A DNA stretch of 64,000 bases. Origin: Macrostomum lignano. Taxonomy: Eukaryota. The stretch is taken from the NCBI GenBank assembly GCA_002269645.1, contig NIVC01000869.1, positions 186,001 to 250,000 on the forward strand, given 5' to 3'. The first letter of the stretch is position 1, and every line of letters begins with the position of its first letter. Positions 9,022 through 20,950 of this stretch are shown piece by piece. Both the position numbers and the translations under genes were made by a program. The notes beneath the pieces were generated by a model. The model saw nothing but the letters and a program-made list of their open reading frames with translations, had not been told where the DNA came from and searched no databases.

Positions 9022-11816
9022 GTGGTCCCGCAAAAGGGCCGTTGGACTATAGTTTCGCTTGCAATTTCTCATTTTAATTTCTCCAATAGTTTATTTTAAC
9101 GTTTACTTATAGTAGCGTGCAAATAATCTGTATCAACTGCTAATTCACTGTGTATTTGGTAGGCCTTGCGCTCATCTGTGAATTTTGGCACGATCGATAA
9201 TTTCAAGTTCTCTCGCCAGCCAATGAAAACTCTCAAATATTTTGCCAAAATTACGCCGACTCAGCGGCCGCGACGCGTGACTAAATAGCACAGAGCGGGG
9301 GGGAGGCTGCCCTAAGCCCTGCACGCACGCAGAGCACCAGCACCCCACCAACCCACCAAAGCGAGGCCGGACCGGCGCGGGGGGGTTTAAAACCAGTTAG
9401 AGTCAGATACCTGCCTCAAACTGACGTATTTGCGCTCTTTATTAACCCTCGCCTGGCGGGCTGGGGGCTTCACTTGTGTTCTGTGTTCTCTCTCATTAGG
9501 CTTGTCCTCCGTCCCGTCTGGCTTGCCTAGCCTTGTCTAGCCTTGTTTTCCTTCTCTCTGTCTGGCTGCCTCGAGCCTCCTTATCTCACGCCACGGCTGA
9601 CGCCAACCTCGCCACTGCTCATCTGCCTGCCTACTGCGTCTCACTGCCTTCACTGTGCTCATTGCCATTGCTCCTCACGTTACGTCGCCATTGCATCATT
9701 CGTCTGCCACTTGACTTCACATTCAATTTATCTTCAAACACCATTGTTGCAGCCGCCAGTGCCCAGAGAGCTATAGTTTGTGTATTGACAGTAATAGCCA
9801 AGCCTAATATTGATACTACCAATAAAAACAACTACGGCAGTTCCTGCCTTTATCGCCAAGTGCTCCGCTACAAAATCCGCTTTACAAGAGTTGACTTCAA
9901 CTTATTTTAAGACTACGACTCACTACAACTCTCGTCAAAACGGCCCTTTTAAGGGTCATAGCCATAGTTAGCCGCTACGCCAATAACGTGACATAATTTT
10001 GGAGGTCCCACCGAGACCCCTACTCAGCACTGCCGGCTCGCAACTAAATCAGTCCCACCGAGACTCCTACTCAGCACTGCCGGCTCGCAACTAGATCAGC
10101 ACCATCAAGACTTCGTCTCAGCCCTGCCAGCTCGCAACTAAGCACCAGCGAGATTCCGCTCAGCCCTGCCGGCTCGTGACTGAGTGCCGGCCTGCCACGT
10201 CTCTGAGGGTCGGTCCGCAAGGCCTGGGTGCCTGTGCCACGTCTCTGAGGGTAGGTCCGCAAGGCCTGGGTGCCTGTGCTACGTCAGGCCCAGGGGTCCT
10301 GATCGTCACCGGTCGTCGCTGGTCATCCGCGGGTCGTCGCTGGTCGTCGCCCTGAGCAACGCGCGCTGTCAACTGCGTTGAGCTCGAGCTTACGCTCTGC
10401 CAAGATAGCTCCGCTGCGTGTGCCAAGCCACGCCAGGTTACGCTGTGCGCTGATTGTTTGTAGGGACTATTGCCTGACAGTTAGTCTGGGTGGTTTGCGT
10501 GATAGGACTTTCCCCTATTATAGGCTTTTGTTGGTTTGCCCCTGTCAGGCACGTATTTTTGTTAGTAGGACGCAATCTCTCTCGTCTCTCTCGCGTCATC
10601 AACCTCAATTCGTTTTCTCTGGAGCCTTATTTTCGTTCACGCTTGGTTCATTTGTCTCGCTCAATCTTGCACAATGTCCGACAACGGGGACAACCACGCC
10701 GCAGCGTCATTGGCTGACGGAGATGCCGTCGTGCCAGATCAGGACGCAGTCGATGCCGGCATCCGCCCGCCTGTCAGGTACCGGACCTGTCAAGTGTCCG
10801 ATCTGCTCCAGCAGGGGGGAAGCAGACACTAACCGCCAGTTTTACACGCCCCGGGCAAGGCGTAAAACTACCTCCTGTGGCACCTGCCGGCCACAGGTCA
10901 CTGCGGCACCTGTAGACCGCAAGCTTACACGCCCCGGGCAAGGCGGAAAACTACCTCCTGTGGCACCTGCCGGCCACAGGTCCCTGCGGCATCTGCCAGC
11001 CACAGACCACAAAACACAAGCCACAAGCCAAACTAGTTAATTCAAAAGTAAACTAAAAATTAATTCATAAAGCACTTTAAGGTCGAAATATGATTATGAT
11101 ATGAATATTATAAATATAATAGTTGTCAAAAATATTCTGTAGTAGTTCTCTGCCTGCATCGGCGTTGCCATAATCAATAAAATACACTAGGGCGCGTATG
11201 CCCCTGTAAGCCTAATTAAATAGTAATAGCATGAATAGTATAAACATTATAGCAATGGCAAAAATAATTAAAATAATTGATAGCTTAGAATAATCCTATT
11301 GCATCCGTTCGGTATTGCCAAAGTCGATAAAATGTATAAGTGCGTCATCTCTGACGTTAATACCCCGAAACCATATAATGTGCAATATACGGTTGGTAAT
11401 TAAAACATACCAACTGGCGACTAGTAAAACTCATAAGTAACTCAAAAAGAAAAAAAACTGAAAAAACAACTATTGAAAACTCGAAAAAAAATCTGCATAT
11501 AGGAATAGAGCTAGCTCAGTTTACTACTCAGCCTATTGACGAGTGCAGCGTAACGCTGCGCAACTGGTTGATTAGGCCAGCGTCACTTACTTAGCCAAGC
11601 CTAATATTGATACTACCAATAAAAACAACTACGGCAGTTCCTGCCTTTATCGCCAAGTGCTCCGCTACAAAATCCGCTTTACAAGAGTTGACTTCAACTT
11701 ATTTTGAGACTACGACTCACTACAACTCTCGTCAAAACGGCCCTTTTAAGGGTCATAGCCATAGTTAGCCGCTACGCCAATAACGTGACAATAGTGATGA
11801 CGAGGATGATTATTAA
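8290..11816 (+). CDS. A32/FtsK-HerA-family DNA-packaging ATPase (8290-9002 joined to 11795-11816; 244 aa when the LTR insertion is removed)
   Basis: Walker A GGSGKGKT, Walker B LIIFDD, and the SGRGDG...YLTQS motif (GR-x...Q of A32 ATPases). Removing 9003-11790 and one ATAG copy restores ...KEDSDDEDDY-TAA in frame. Confidence 0.88.
9003..11790 (+). mobile_element. Non-autonomous Ty3/gypsy-type LTR deletion derivative: 5' LTR 9003-9993, 3' LTR reduced to ~11592-11790
   Basis: TGTGACG...CGTGACA termini. The last ~200 bp of the 5' LTR repeat at 11592-11790. TSD is ATAG (8999-9002 / 11791-11794; ATAGT if the terminal T is shared). The internal part is homologous to 62985-63830 (-). Confidence 0.88.
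10000..10016 (+). promoter_or_regulatory. Primer-binding site complementary to the tRNA-Gln 3' end
   Basis: TGGAGGTCCCACCGAGA starts after a 6-nt spacer behind the LTR. It is the reverse complement of TCTCGGTGGGACCT-CCA, the 3' end of metazoan tRNA-Gln(TTG) as I recall it. Confidence 0.85.
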
Positions 11817-11834
11817 AGCTTTCTCACTATAAAA

Positions 11835-12620
11835 ATGGCTGCAAACCTAGATGTTCTTAAACAAGTTATTGACAGAACCAATTCGAAATTTAGTACAACC
11901 CTACAATTTGTAATGACAAGCAGCGAGCAAAGGATTCAGTTACGAAACCCACTGGATCTTAATCAATCTCTAAGCTATCAAGTTGGTTTGATAATGTTTT
12001 CAGTTTTTAACATGCCACAATTAATTAATGCAACAAATAATAAATTTAGATATTCTAAAGATTCAGGAGCCAATTGGACAACAATTACTATAGCACCCGG
12101 AGCATATAACTATACTGATTTGAATGCTGTAATACAAGGCGATTTAACTGCTAATGGTGATTGGGTAGCAGATGCAATTGTTATAGGAGTTGATTTACCA
12201 TCAGGAAGATTTACCTTGAATTTAGCTACTGGATATCAGGTTGATTTCACAATTGCAAATTCACTTAGAACCATACTCGGATTTAATTCCCGAATCGTTA
12301 CCACATCAAGCACGGGTGATACTGTGGGAAACATTGAGGGTGGAGTAAATACAATTAATATAACAACTGATATTTCGAACGGTGGTTATATAACCGACGA
12401 TAATGGATTTTTGGTTCAGCGTGGAATCATTTATTCAATTCCCTTTCCTGCTGTTCCGATTGGAGATAAAATGATTGTTGCTCCCCAAACCCCAATATAT
12501 TATCCTTTAAATCAATATCATTTACAATCAATTTATATACGAGTAGTGGACGATGCAGATCGTATAATTAGTTTTGGTGGTCAAGCTATAACAGTAATTT
12601 TACGTATAAAACAGGTTTAA
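11835..12620 (+). CDS. Polinton/PLV minor capsid (penton, single jelly-roll) protein, intact, 261 aa
   Basis: Diagnostic string NNKFRYSKDSGANWTTITIAPGAY...YQVDFTIANSLRTILGF...P-x-G-x-K-x4-P-x2-PIYYPL...IRVVDD. Size and position next to the ATPase and protease fit. Confidence 0.85.
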   Translation: MAANLDVLKQVIDRTNSKFSTTLQFVMTSSEQRIQLRNPLDLNQSLSYQVGLIMFSVFNMPQLINATNNKFRYSKDSGANWTTITIAPGAYNYTDLNAVIQGDLTANGDWVADAIVIGVDLPSGRFTLNLATGYQVDFTIANSLRTILGFNSRIVTTSSTGDTVGNIEGGVNTINITTDISNGGYITDDNGFLVQRGIIYSIPFPAVPIGDKMIVAPQTPIYYPLNQYHLQSIYIRVVDDADRIISFGGQAITVILRIKQV

Positions 12621-12633
12621 TTCAATAGTAAAA

Positions 12634-12810
12634 ATGGGTAATAATAATAACACGATAAAAAAACAAACGGAAAGAGTTAAAAAAGCTGAAGATAATTATG
12701 AAATCGAATTAACATAATTGAAACAATTACAAGCGGAAAAAATCAGAAAGGAGCTGTTAAAACCCACAGCTACGAAACTAACTAAAACCATGAGTTTTTC
12801 AGGAAAATAA
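12634..12810 (+). pseudogene. Small viral ORF (58 codons, MGNNNNT...) with one in-frame TAA at 12715-12717
   Basis: It fills the gap between the minor capsid and protease genes, has the same AAAA-ATG start context, and its terminal TAA is 1 nt before the protease ATG. Confidence 0.5.
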
Positions 12811-12811
12811 A

Positions 12812-13252
12812 ATGACCTTAACATGGCATGAGTTCAAACAAAGATATGGAACCGACACAACAAGCAATATCGAATTAACTAATTGGGCCAGACAATTAAA
12901 GATAAAACCATTTAGATTCGTGATGCGGGATGAGATCAAAGACTTACCACAATATGGATCTTTCATTGTTAATATAGAAACGACAAAAGAAACTGGTGTT
13001 CATTGGTCAGCAGTTTATTCAAAACCCAAACTTGTTTATTTTTTTGATTCATATGCCTTTGCTCCATTACAGGAAATAAAAGACGAATTTAATCATACTA
13101 AAAATCGTTTATGTGGAGATCATCACGAACAATTTCAAACCTTTGACAAAAGTTATTGCGGACAAGCGGCATTATATTTTTTATATAGGCTCGAAAAGGT
13201 CAAACAGGTAACTCCCGAAGTATTTAAGACAATTTTAGATTCTATAAAATAG
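12812..13252 (+). CDS. Adenain-like (clan CE) cysteine maturation protease, intact, 146 aa
   Basis: Catalytic His (GVHW), Asp (YFFDSY), oxyanion Gln (FQ) and Cys (SYCG) occur in adenovirus/Polinton protease order and spacing. Confidence 0.88.
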   Translation: MTLTWHEFKQRYGTDTTSNIELTNWARQLKIKPFRFVMRDEIKDLPQYGSFIVNIETTKETGVHWSAVYSKPKLVYFFDSYAFAPLQEIKDEFNHTKNRLCGDHHEQFQTFDKSYCGQAALYFLYRLEKVKQVTPEVFKTILDSIK

Positions 13253-13262
13253 GCAGTAAAAA

Positions 13263-15152
13263 ATGTTATTTTCTGGAACACCCTCATGGAACGGAACTAC
13301 ACGATCTGGCGGTGGAGAATCAAGTGGTATTAGTGTTACATTCGGAGATAACCGATATATTAATGAAGATGAAGGTTATAAAAAAACTGAAATTGATACT
13401 AAACTAAATTTAAAAAGAAATGTTGCAGATTTCTACATCAAAACTGAAATCGACACTTCATTATATCTTAAAAGAGATATTAGTGATTCATATACAAAAA
13501 CAGAGGCTGACACTAAGTTAAATTTAAAAAGAGATATAACTGATTCTTATTCTCGAACTGATTCTGATTCGCGTTATGTTCAAACCACCGCAACCGGAAC
13601 CTTAGATATGGACAACAATCGAATTATAAATGTTGCAATTACAACGAATAACTCGGTAGTTGATAAGAACTATGTCGATAATCAAATCGGTAGTCGTACT
13701 GGCAATATCAATATGAATAATTTTAAATTAACAAATTTATTACTTGGAACAGATGACACAGACTCGGTCAATCTTGTACAAGTCAATGCTCGAGTTAATG
13801 TAACTGATGCTGATATTTTTGCCACACCACTTACATCAAATACTTCAAATCCAGATGTTGTTCTTACAGCGTCTCAAAATAACAATGATGCTTTTCGAGT
13901 TGGAGATGGAAGTCTTGCAACTCAATGGTAACCAAATACCGGCACTACAACTAATATGGAAATTTAATTTGAATTTTTAGGTTATAACAGAAGAATAAAT
14001 GAATTAAGAATTACAGGCAGCCCAACCATTGATATACCCTCGGGGTGGTCGGTGCGCGCAAAAAATGTTGCTACCGATGCATGGACGGTATTAAGAACAT
14101 CTGGATCACCAATTCAAGCAACTTCATTAGCATTAACTAATTTAACAATTGATTTTTGGAAATATTATAGCGTTTTATTCCCAACTGGTGGCACCGTTAC
14201 GCAACCTATTGAGGTTCGTCGAATTCAATTATTTGAACACCGAGTTGAAATTCAAGATCTCAATTGGCCAACCCAAATACTTTCTGCAACCCCGCGTGCA
14301 TATGTAGATCAATTAGCAACCCCAACTTCAAATGGTAGAATGTCTGCTGGTGATAAAAATAAATTAGATGGAATTCCTGCAATTGATGCTGCATTATTCG
14401 AGCCATTAATTTTTTTGTAATTGGACTGGATATCAAAATTCAACAACTGCCGGCGATATATATCCAGTTGGGTCTTTAATTGGTGATGCTTCATATGTTG
14501 ATTATCAAAATGGTGCTAGAATTACTCGTGAAACCTCTGGAGTCAGTGGGGCATTACAATTTAATTTCACACATTTTCAAAATGTATCTGCGTCTTTCTT
14601 TTTCAGAGTTGCTAATTCTACAGGAAGTGTTGCGGATGCAGTTTGGTTTTATGCAATACGAGCTATTGCCACGAACGACCCGAAAGCGAAAGCGGCTTTG
14701 GTTTAACAACCGACGCCGGCCTAATAGTATTTGCTAGTGAGTGGCATGATAAATTTGGTGTACTTTGGAGTTCTAAAAAATCAGACGGATCTTCGCGTCC
14801 TGGTGTTAATACTGGCGCGGATCAAACAGTAGACTACGAGTATGCTAATATTGACAATTGAGATTGGCATCTGTTTGAAATTATTATTTTAAATCAATGG
14901 GTTTGGTATCAATTAAATTCATACAATGTTTCAACCGATGCTTATACCCTCATTGGGCAAAATGTTTTCACATATGATAGTGGCACATGGGGTGCGTTGG
15001 ATAAAAGTGGAACTCTTATGGGTTTTGGTGCACGAACCGGAGGAGCAGATGCTGCACATTTTATTCGTGGCGCAGCCGTTTGTGGTAGCATTTCATTTGG
15101 TTATAATTTTCTCTGTACTGCATATTTAGAAAAACCACCCGTAGCAATATAG
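13263..15152 (+). pseudogene. Fibre/receptor-binding-like gene (~620 codons) broken by stops and frameshifts
   Basis: One frame runs 13263-14420 with TAA at 13929 and 13965; later frames are joined by shifts near 14415, 14690 and 15060, with a TGA at 14859. It contains ~3.5 19-aa YxKTExDxxLxLKR repeats, NKITN/DxVNxxQ-type stalk motifs, a discoidin-like stretch, ATPTSNGRMSAGDKNKLDGI, and a C-terminal beta-rich lectin-like region. Confidence 0.6.
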
Positions 15153-15275
15153 GGTAAGGACTCTGTCCGTCCGCCTGTAGCAATAACTTAAAAATATTTG
15201 TATTTAAAATGGATTTTAGCAGAACTCCTTCATTTAGACAAAATAATATTGTTATTCCGATTCCAAAACAAGAAT

Positions 15276-16035
15276 TGTCACGTTATTGGCGTAGAGCTAT
15301 GACCCTTAGAAGGGCCGTTTTACGAGAGTTGTCGTAAGTCGTAGTCCCAAAATGAATCGAGTCAAGTCTTGATAAGCGGATTGTGTAGCGGAGCACTTGG
15401 CATACAAGGCAGGTAACTGCCGTAGTTGTTTTATTGTTGAGATCAATATTCAAATTGGTTAATGTTAGTACAGAACTTATTGTGCTTTTGGGACACTGGC
15501 GGCTGCAACAATGGTTTTGAATTAAAGGTGAATTAGAAATTGCAGTCGAGTGGTAGGCGAGTGATGCAAGGCGATGCAACGTGGTGAGTAACGGCGATGA
15601 GCACAGCAGTGGCAGATGCGTAGTGGTGAGATTGGCGTTAGCCGTGGCAGACAGTGGCAGGCAGTGTAAACAGGCTGGCCCAGACAGAGGAGCCGTGGCG
15701 AGAGATAAGGAGGCAGACAGAAGGCAGGAGAAGGGGCAGAAGTGAGGCGGGCCGCCAGGCGGGGGGTTAATAAAGAGCGCAGAGGGCTAGCAATATACAC
15801 GCGGAGATTTTTCATTGGCTGGCGAGAGAACCTGAAATTATCGATCGTGCCAAAATTCACAGACGAGCGCAAGGCCTACCAAATACACAGTGAATTAGCA
15901 GTTGATACAGATTATTTGCACGCTACTACAAGTAAACGGTAAAATAAACTATTGGAGAAATTAATATGAGAAATTGCGAGGAAAACTATAGTCCAACGGC
16001 CCTTTTGCGGGACCACTTAAACTAGCAACGTCACA
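15276..16035 (-). mobile_element. Solo LTR (760 bp) of the same family as 9003-9993 and 61155-61909
   Basis: TG...CA termini, a perfect 5-bp TSD AGAAT (15271-15275 / 16036-16040), and clear reverse-complement similarity to the other two LTRs. It interrupts a short viral ORF starting at 15209. Confidence 0.92.
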
Positions 16036-16840
16036 AGAATCGATTATAAAATATTTTAAATCACACACCCGATTTTTATTTAGTGGGGTGAATGTTCAAG
16101 ATAATAAGAAACTGATTAGTGTCTGAAGCCGACCACACCGAAAAAATGGAACGTGACTTGTTTGACCGCCCCAAAGGGTCGCGAACTTTGTTCGACCAAC
16201 GTAAAGGACGCATATTAAGTAATGTAGATAGAATAAACAATGATTATGAACAATACACAAAAAAGTAAGAAAGCTTTCAAATCGTATTAGTAATAAGTAA
16301 TACGTATTAGTAATAATTAGCAAATCGGTAATATGTTACGGATTTTTTTAACATTGGTTTTGGAAGTTTATCAATGTTATGTGTAATCGTATTGGGTATA
16401 CTTCAATCGGTTCCAACTCTTAACTTATCTCAAATGTTTTTAGGTATTTCAATTGGTTCAATATCAGGTTTTGAATTTGTAGTGAAACTACAAATTACTT
16501 TGATATGAATTGCAATATTTTATGAGTTAAAGACGAGAGAGCTTGGGGCGAGAAACTTAACTGCGAGAAAGAACTGTAAAAGGAAATTAGTCTATGGTAA
16601 TTTATGACAAACTGAGTTGCAAATAAAAAGTACAACAAAATACCCATACGACTCCCCCTCCAATTGCGGAGCACGGGGAAAATAGACTGTAACTGAATTA
16701 TAAAATGGTGGAATGGCTTAAATTATTGAAACGAAGCGGATATACAGTTAAAATACGAGCTAAATTTTATATGAGGGTTGAACATTGAGAAATATTGAGA
16801 ACATTGGAACAGCAGTCAGTAGACGTTATACATTACAAGG

Positions 16841-19800
16841 TTAATAATAAATGTAATCATTATGGCGTCGGAATTGGACTCGGCGGCCGCTAGAGGTCGC
16901 TCTAGGAGGTGATGAGTCCATCGGTTCTTCTGGTTTGGCGGCTTTTTCCGGCAGCGAGTTCGCGGCCGGCTGAACAGCCGACTTCGGAAGCGAAAGTCGC
17001 GCCGGCTTGAGGCGATCGATAGAGACAGATTCGGTGTTGCCTGACGGTAGGAAAATAACGAAGAACTTGTCAGTTCGCTGTTTCACGCGATACGGCCCAG
17101 AGTACGGCGCCTCGAGCGGCGACCGCACGCGATCGACCCGAACCCAGACGAATTCAGCCATTTCCAGGTCCTTGGGTACGTAGCTCCGTGGTTCGTGCGT
17201 CTTCGCGTGTGGACTCGGTAACTCTGTCAGCAGTTCCTGCAGCCGTGTCCGAATGTCCATTGGGGCGAGTGGTTCAGAAGTTAGGATGCGCGGAACCATC
17301 GGAAGCTCGCCGGTAACCCTGGTGAACGGTGATATTTCTTGGTCGTCAGGTGCGACGTGCATCGCGAGGAGAGCCACAGGTAGGTCTGTCAGCCAGTCAT
17401 TGCCTCGAGCACGTAGCATCGTCTTCAGGGTGCGATGGGCTCGCTCGACCTTGCCATTGGTTTGAGGGTGGTAGGCCGTTGTGCGTAATCGATGAAAACC
17501 AATTGATGACGAGACCGAGTGAAAGAATTCTGATTCGAACTGGCGCCCCCGATCAGTGATTACATACAGTGGCACTCCGTAGCGCGAGACCCAAGACGAG
17601 ACGAATGCATGGGCGACTACTTCCGCGGTTATTGATTCCAGTGGTGTAGCTTCTAGCCAGCCAGTCGAGCGGTCGAACATCGTGAGAAGGTAGCGGGCAG
17701 ACTGGTGGCCAAAGGTGGTAGCATTAGCTGGTGGAAGTGGTCCCACAATATCGATGTGTACCGCCTCAAAGCGATTTGATGGTAATGCGAAGGCTTGTTG
17801 CGGGGAGACAGTGTGGCGAGTGACTTTACTCCGTTGGCAGTCCTGGCAGTTCCAGCAGTAGGTCTTGATGGACTTGCGCATTCCGGGCCGAAAGTAACGT
17901 TCTGTGATGAGTTTTGCTGTTTTACGGTAGCCGAAATGACCAAGTCGATGGAAGGAGGCAATCACGGCGTCGCGGAGGGACGGCGGAATGATCGGGCGAG
18001 GATACGGCGTTGACGTCTCACACCAAACGACGACGTCTTTGTCCAGAGAATACGATCAAATATTTGGTGCAGGTGAGAACGACTCCGGTCGTTGTGCTTC
18101 AGCGATACTGGGCAGATCAACAGGGAATTGGCTTGATGGGGCAGCGACTACAGCGACTGTTGCGATGTTGGACACGTGATCATTCACTGGGAAGTCAGTC
18201 AGTCGAGAAAGGGCATCAGCTATTACGTTGTCTGCACCGCGAATGTACTGGACATCTGCCACGTACTCGGACAAGACGGTCAATTAGCGCTGATTGCGAT
18301 CTGACGTAGTGGTGCGATTGGCGTGGAAAGCCTGAGCTAGTGGTTTATGATCAGTGAACAAGGTCACGCTCAGTCCTTCAATGAGGCTGCGGAAGTGCAA
18401 CACTGCCAGGTACGCCGCGAGTAGTTCTCGGTCGAACGTGCTGTACATCTTTTGAGATGACGACAACTTCTTGCTGAACATGCCAAGAGGTGACGTTCCG
18501 GTTGAAGAGGTTTGATGCAGAACGGCACCAACACAGTCGGCTGAGGCATCAGTGTACAGGTGGTACGCAGTACAGTTGGGGGTCCGGATGATGCAGCAGT
18601 AGTCTCTCTGAGAGAGCTTGTTTGATGTTTTCGAAAGATTTCTGATCCTGCTCTGTCCATTGGAAGTTTTCTGCTGACTGTAGTGATGCAGTGAGTAGGT
18701 CTTGCAGCGGACAGATGCGGTCGGCAAAGTTGGGAACGAATCGACGGTAGAAACCGACGACACCGAGGAAGCGCCGAAGTGCGTTCGAATCCATGGGTGT
18801 CGGCCAGTCAGTGATTATTTGGATCTTCTTCTGGAGAGGTTTTATTCCTTCAGGAGTCACGCGATGGCCAAGGAAATCTACCTCGGACTGAAAGAATTCG
18901 CACTTCTTCAAATGAACCTGTAGGCCGTGTGTTCTTAGGCGGTCCAAAACTTGTTCCAAATGCGATTAGTGGTCCTCACGAGTCTTTGAGAATATCAGGA
19001 CATCATCAATGTAAGAGATGACGAATGACAGTCCGTGAAAAACAGAGTCGATGAAGCGTTGAAATTTTTGTGCTGCATTCCTCAGGCCGAAGGGCATGCG
19101 TGTGTACTCGAACAATCCAAACGGTGTGGTGATAGCGGTTTTGCAAATATCCTCTTCGGCGACTGGAATTTGATAAAAGGCGCGAACAAGGTCTAACTTT
19201 GAAAACACAGTGCTTCCGTGTAGGTACCGAGTGAAGGTTTGAATGTGTGGAACCGGATAGTTGTCCGGCTTTGTTCGTTTGTTCAATTCGCGATAGTCAC
19301 CGCACGGACGCCAGCCAGCTCCCTTGGGTGCCATGTTGAGGGGTGACGCCCAAGCGCTTGAGGAAGGTCTGAGGTAGCCAGCATCGATTAGCTGCTGAAA
19401 CTCCTGCTTTGCAGCCTGTAGTTTTGCAGGGTGCAGTTGCCGGGGTCGCAAGTGAACCGGTTGTCCACTACCAGTGTCTAGCCGGTGAACAGTGTCATGC
19501 TTGACCTCTGAAGCTGGCGGAAGGGCTCCGCCTTCAACGAAAGAAAAACAATCTGCAAACTTTGTCAACAGCGTACTCGTCCGAGAATCCAGGTTGGGTG
19601 GCAGTTCTACCGACACAGTGAACGGGCCACAATGAACATTTGCAATTGACAAGGTAACAGTAGACAGTCCTGTTTCTGAGTCTCGAACGTGTTTGCGCTG
19701 ACAATCGACAACTAACCCATGGTGAGCCAAGAAATCGTAACCAATGATGGGTTTCACCACTGACGCCACGAGGAAGGTCCACTGGAAGGCGCGACGCAAA

Positions 19801-20021
19801 CCGCGGATTGAGACATCCAGTAGGACCGACCCGCGAACTGGTATGGCGGCTCCGGTAGCAGTAATTAAACGAACGTTTGTATCTTGAACGAGTGCGTTAA
19901 CGAGGTGAGGTGGAACAATGGAAACCGAGGCTCCGGTATCCACAAGAAACTTGCTGTAGGTATTGTTGATTTTAACATCTAACTCCAAACAGGTGGTTGA
20001 TGGTATCTCGGCACTGCGCAC
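16841..20021 (-). pseudogene. pol: Pol (aspartic protease, RT, RNase H, integrase) with three in-frame stops and one frameshift
   Basis: [23 protein letters not shown]...DRELLA, HxxxH/CxxC, HIDIVGP, ITDRG and VERAHR motifs. Stops at 18966-18968, 18284-18286 and 18056-18058; frameshift near 18580. Confidence 0.93.
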
Positions 20022-20044
20022 CGCGACCTCGGTCGCAGTGCGAC

Positions 20045-20950
20045 TTAGTTTTCCGGCTGTCGAGAAGGTGATGATGAACGCGACTGAGATGGCGTTTTTT
20101 CATTGGGATGCAGCACTCGGATCGGACGCGAGCTGTCCTTGAGATACTGGCACCACGGGCGACACGACCGAGCACGGCGGCCATAGTAGAGGTGTGAGCG
20201 GCAAACGACGGGGCGTTGGCCAGGCTTAAATGGGTCTGTTCCAGTGGGCTTACCAGGTGCTTGTCGGTGTGGAGCTTGCTCATAGCGCTGTTGGGGTGTC
20301 CGATCTGCACCGGCCTGCTGAATTGGGCAAACTGTCGCTGGCGATGGAGAGCTAAGGCCTCTGACGACCAACATCGAGTCAGCAATCTCGGAAATTTGCT
20401 GGGATGACTGCTGTTGGAATCCCGACAGTGCGATACGAAGGTCCTGTGGAAGACAGCGCATCAGGGTGGCCTTGAGGAGTTCCTCGTCGGGCTGTATCTG
20501 GCACTGCTCCATCTTGCTCCGGAGTTTACGCATGAAGATTGATGGCTTGTCTCCTCCGAGGTCCGAGACTTGCAATACTTCCGAAACCTTCTCCTGCTTG
20601 GACTTTTGCAGAGTCGATGTAATCGCTGTTTTCAGTTGTTCGTACTGTTTTGGAGTCTGAGCGGACAAGTGCAGAGCCGCGATATCCTCCGGTAGATGAG
20701 AGACTAGGTGGTAAAATTTGGCGGTCTCGTTGGTCACCATGTTGAGCATAAACTGGGCCTCCAGCGTGAGGAACCATGCTTCCGGGTTGTTGCGATAGAA
20801 GATTGGCAGCTTCAGGTGGGCCAGGGAGACTGAAGCGGTGTCGGCGGCGTTTCCTACTGCATGTGTAACCACTGGTGCGGCCGAACTTGGTGCGGCTTGC
20901 GTGGTTGTAGGTGGTGTAGGAGCGGAATTGTTGCTTGCACTGTCCGTCAT
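20045..20950 (-). CDS. gag: Gag, 301 aa
   Basis: [13 protein letters not shown]...EAQF N-terminal motif and a CxxHxxYGxxAxxCxxxC zinc knuckle of the CsRn1 type. Confidence 0.9.
   Translation of the reverse strand: MTDSASNNSAPTPPTTTQAAPSSAAPVVTHAVGNAADTASVSLAHLKLPIFYRNNPEAWFLTLEAQFMLNMVTNETAKFYHLVSHLPEDIAALHLSAQTPKQYEQLKTAITSTLQKSKQEKVSEVLQVSDLGGDKPSIFMRKLRSKMEQCQIQPDEELLKATLMRCLPQDLRIALSGFQQQSSQQISEIADSMLVVRGLSSPSPATVCPIQQAGADRTPQQRYEQAPHRQAPGKPTGTDPFKPGQRPVVCRSHLYYGRRARSCRPWCQYLKDSSRPIRVLHPNEKTPSQSRSSSPSRQPEN

Noticed and set aside
10378-11040. 220-aa ORF inside the LTR derivative
   Set aside because: No recognisable domain. It is out of frame with the Gag/Pol fusion peptide and is built partly from short repeats.
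13929-16400. Stop-codon reassignment in the viral genes
   Set aside because: The internal stops are mixed TAA/TGA and come with frameshifts, while the mCP and protease have none. Ordinary decay explains this.
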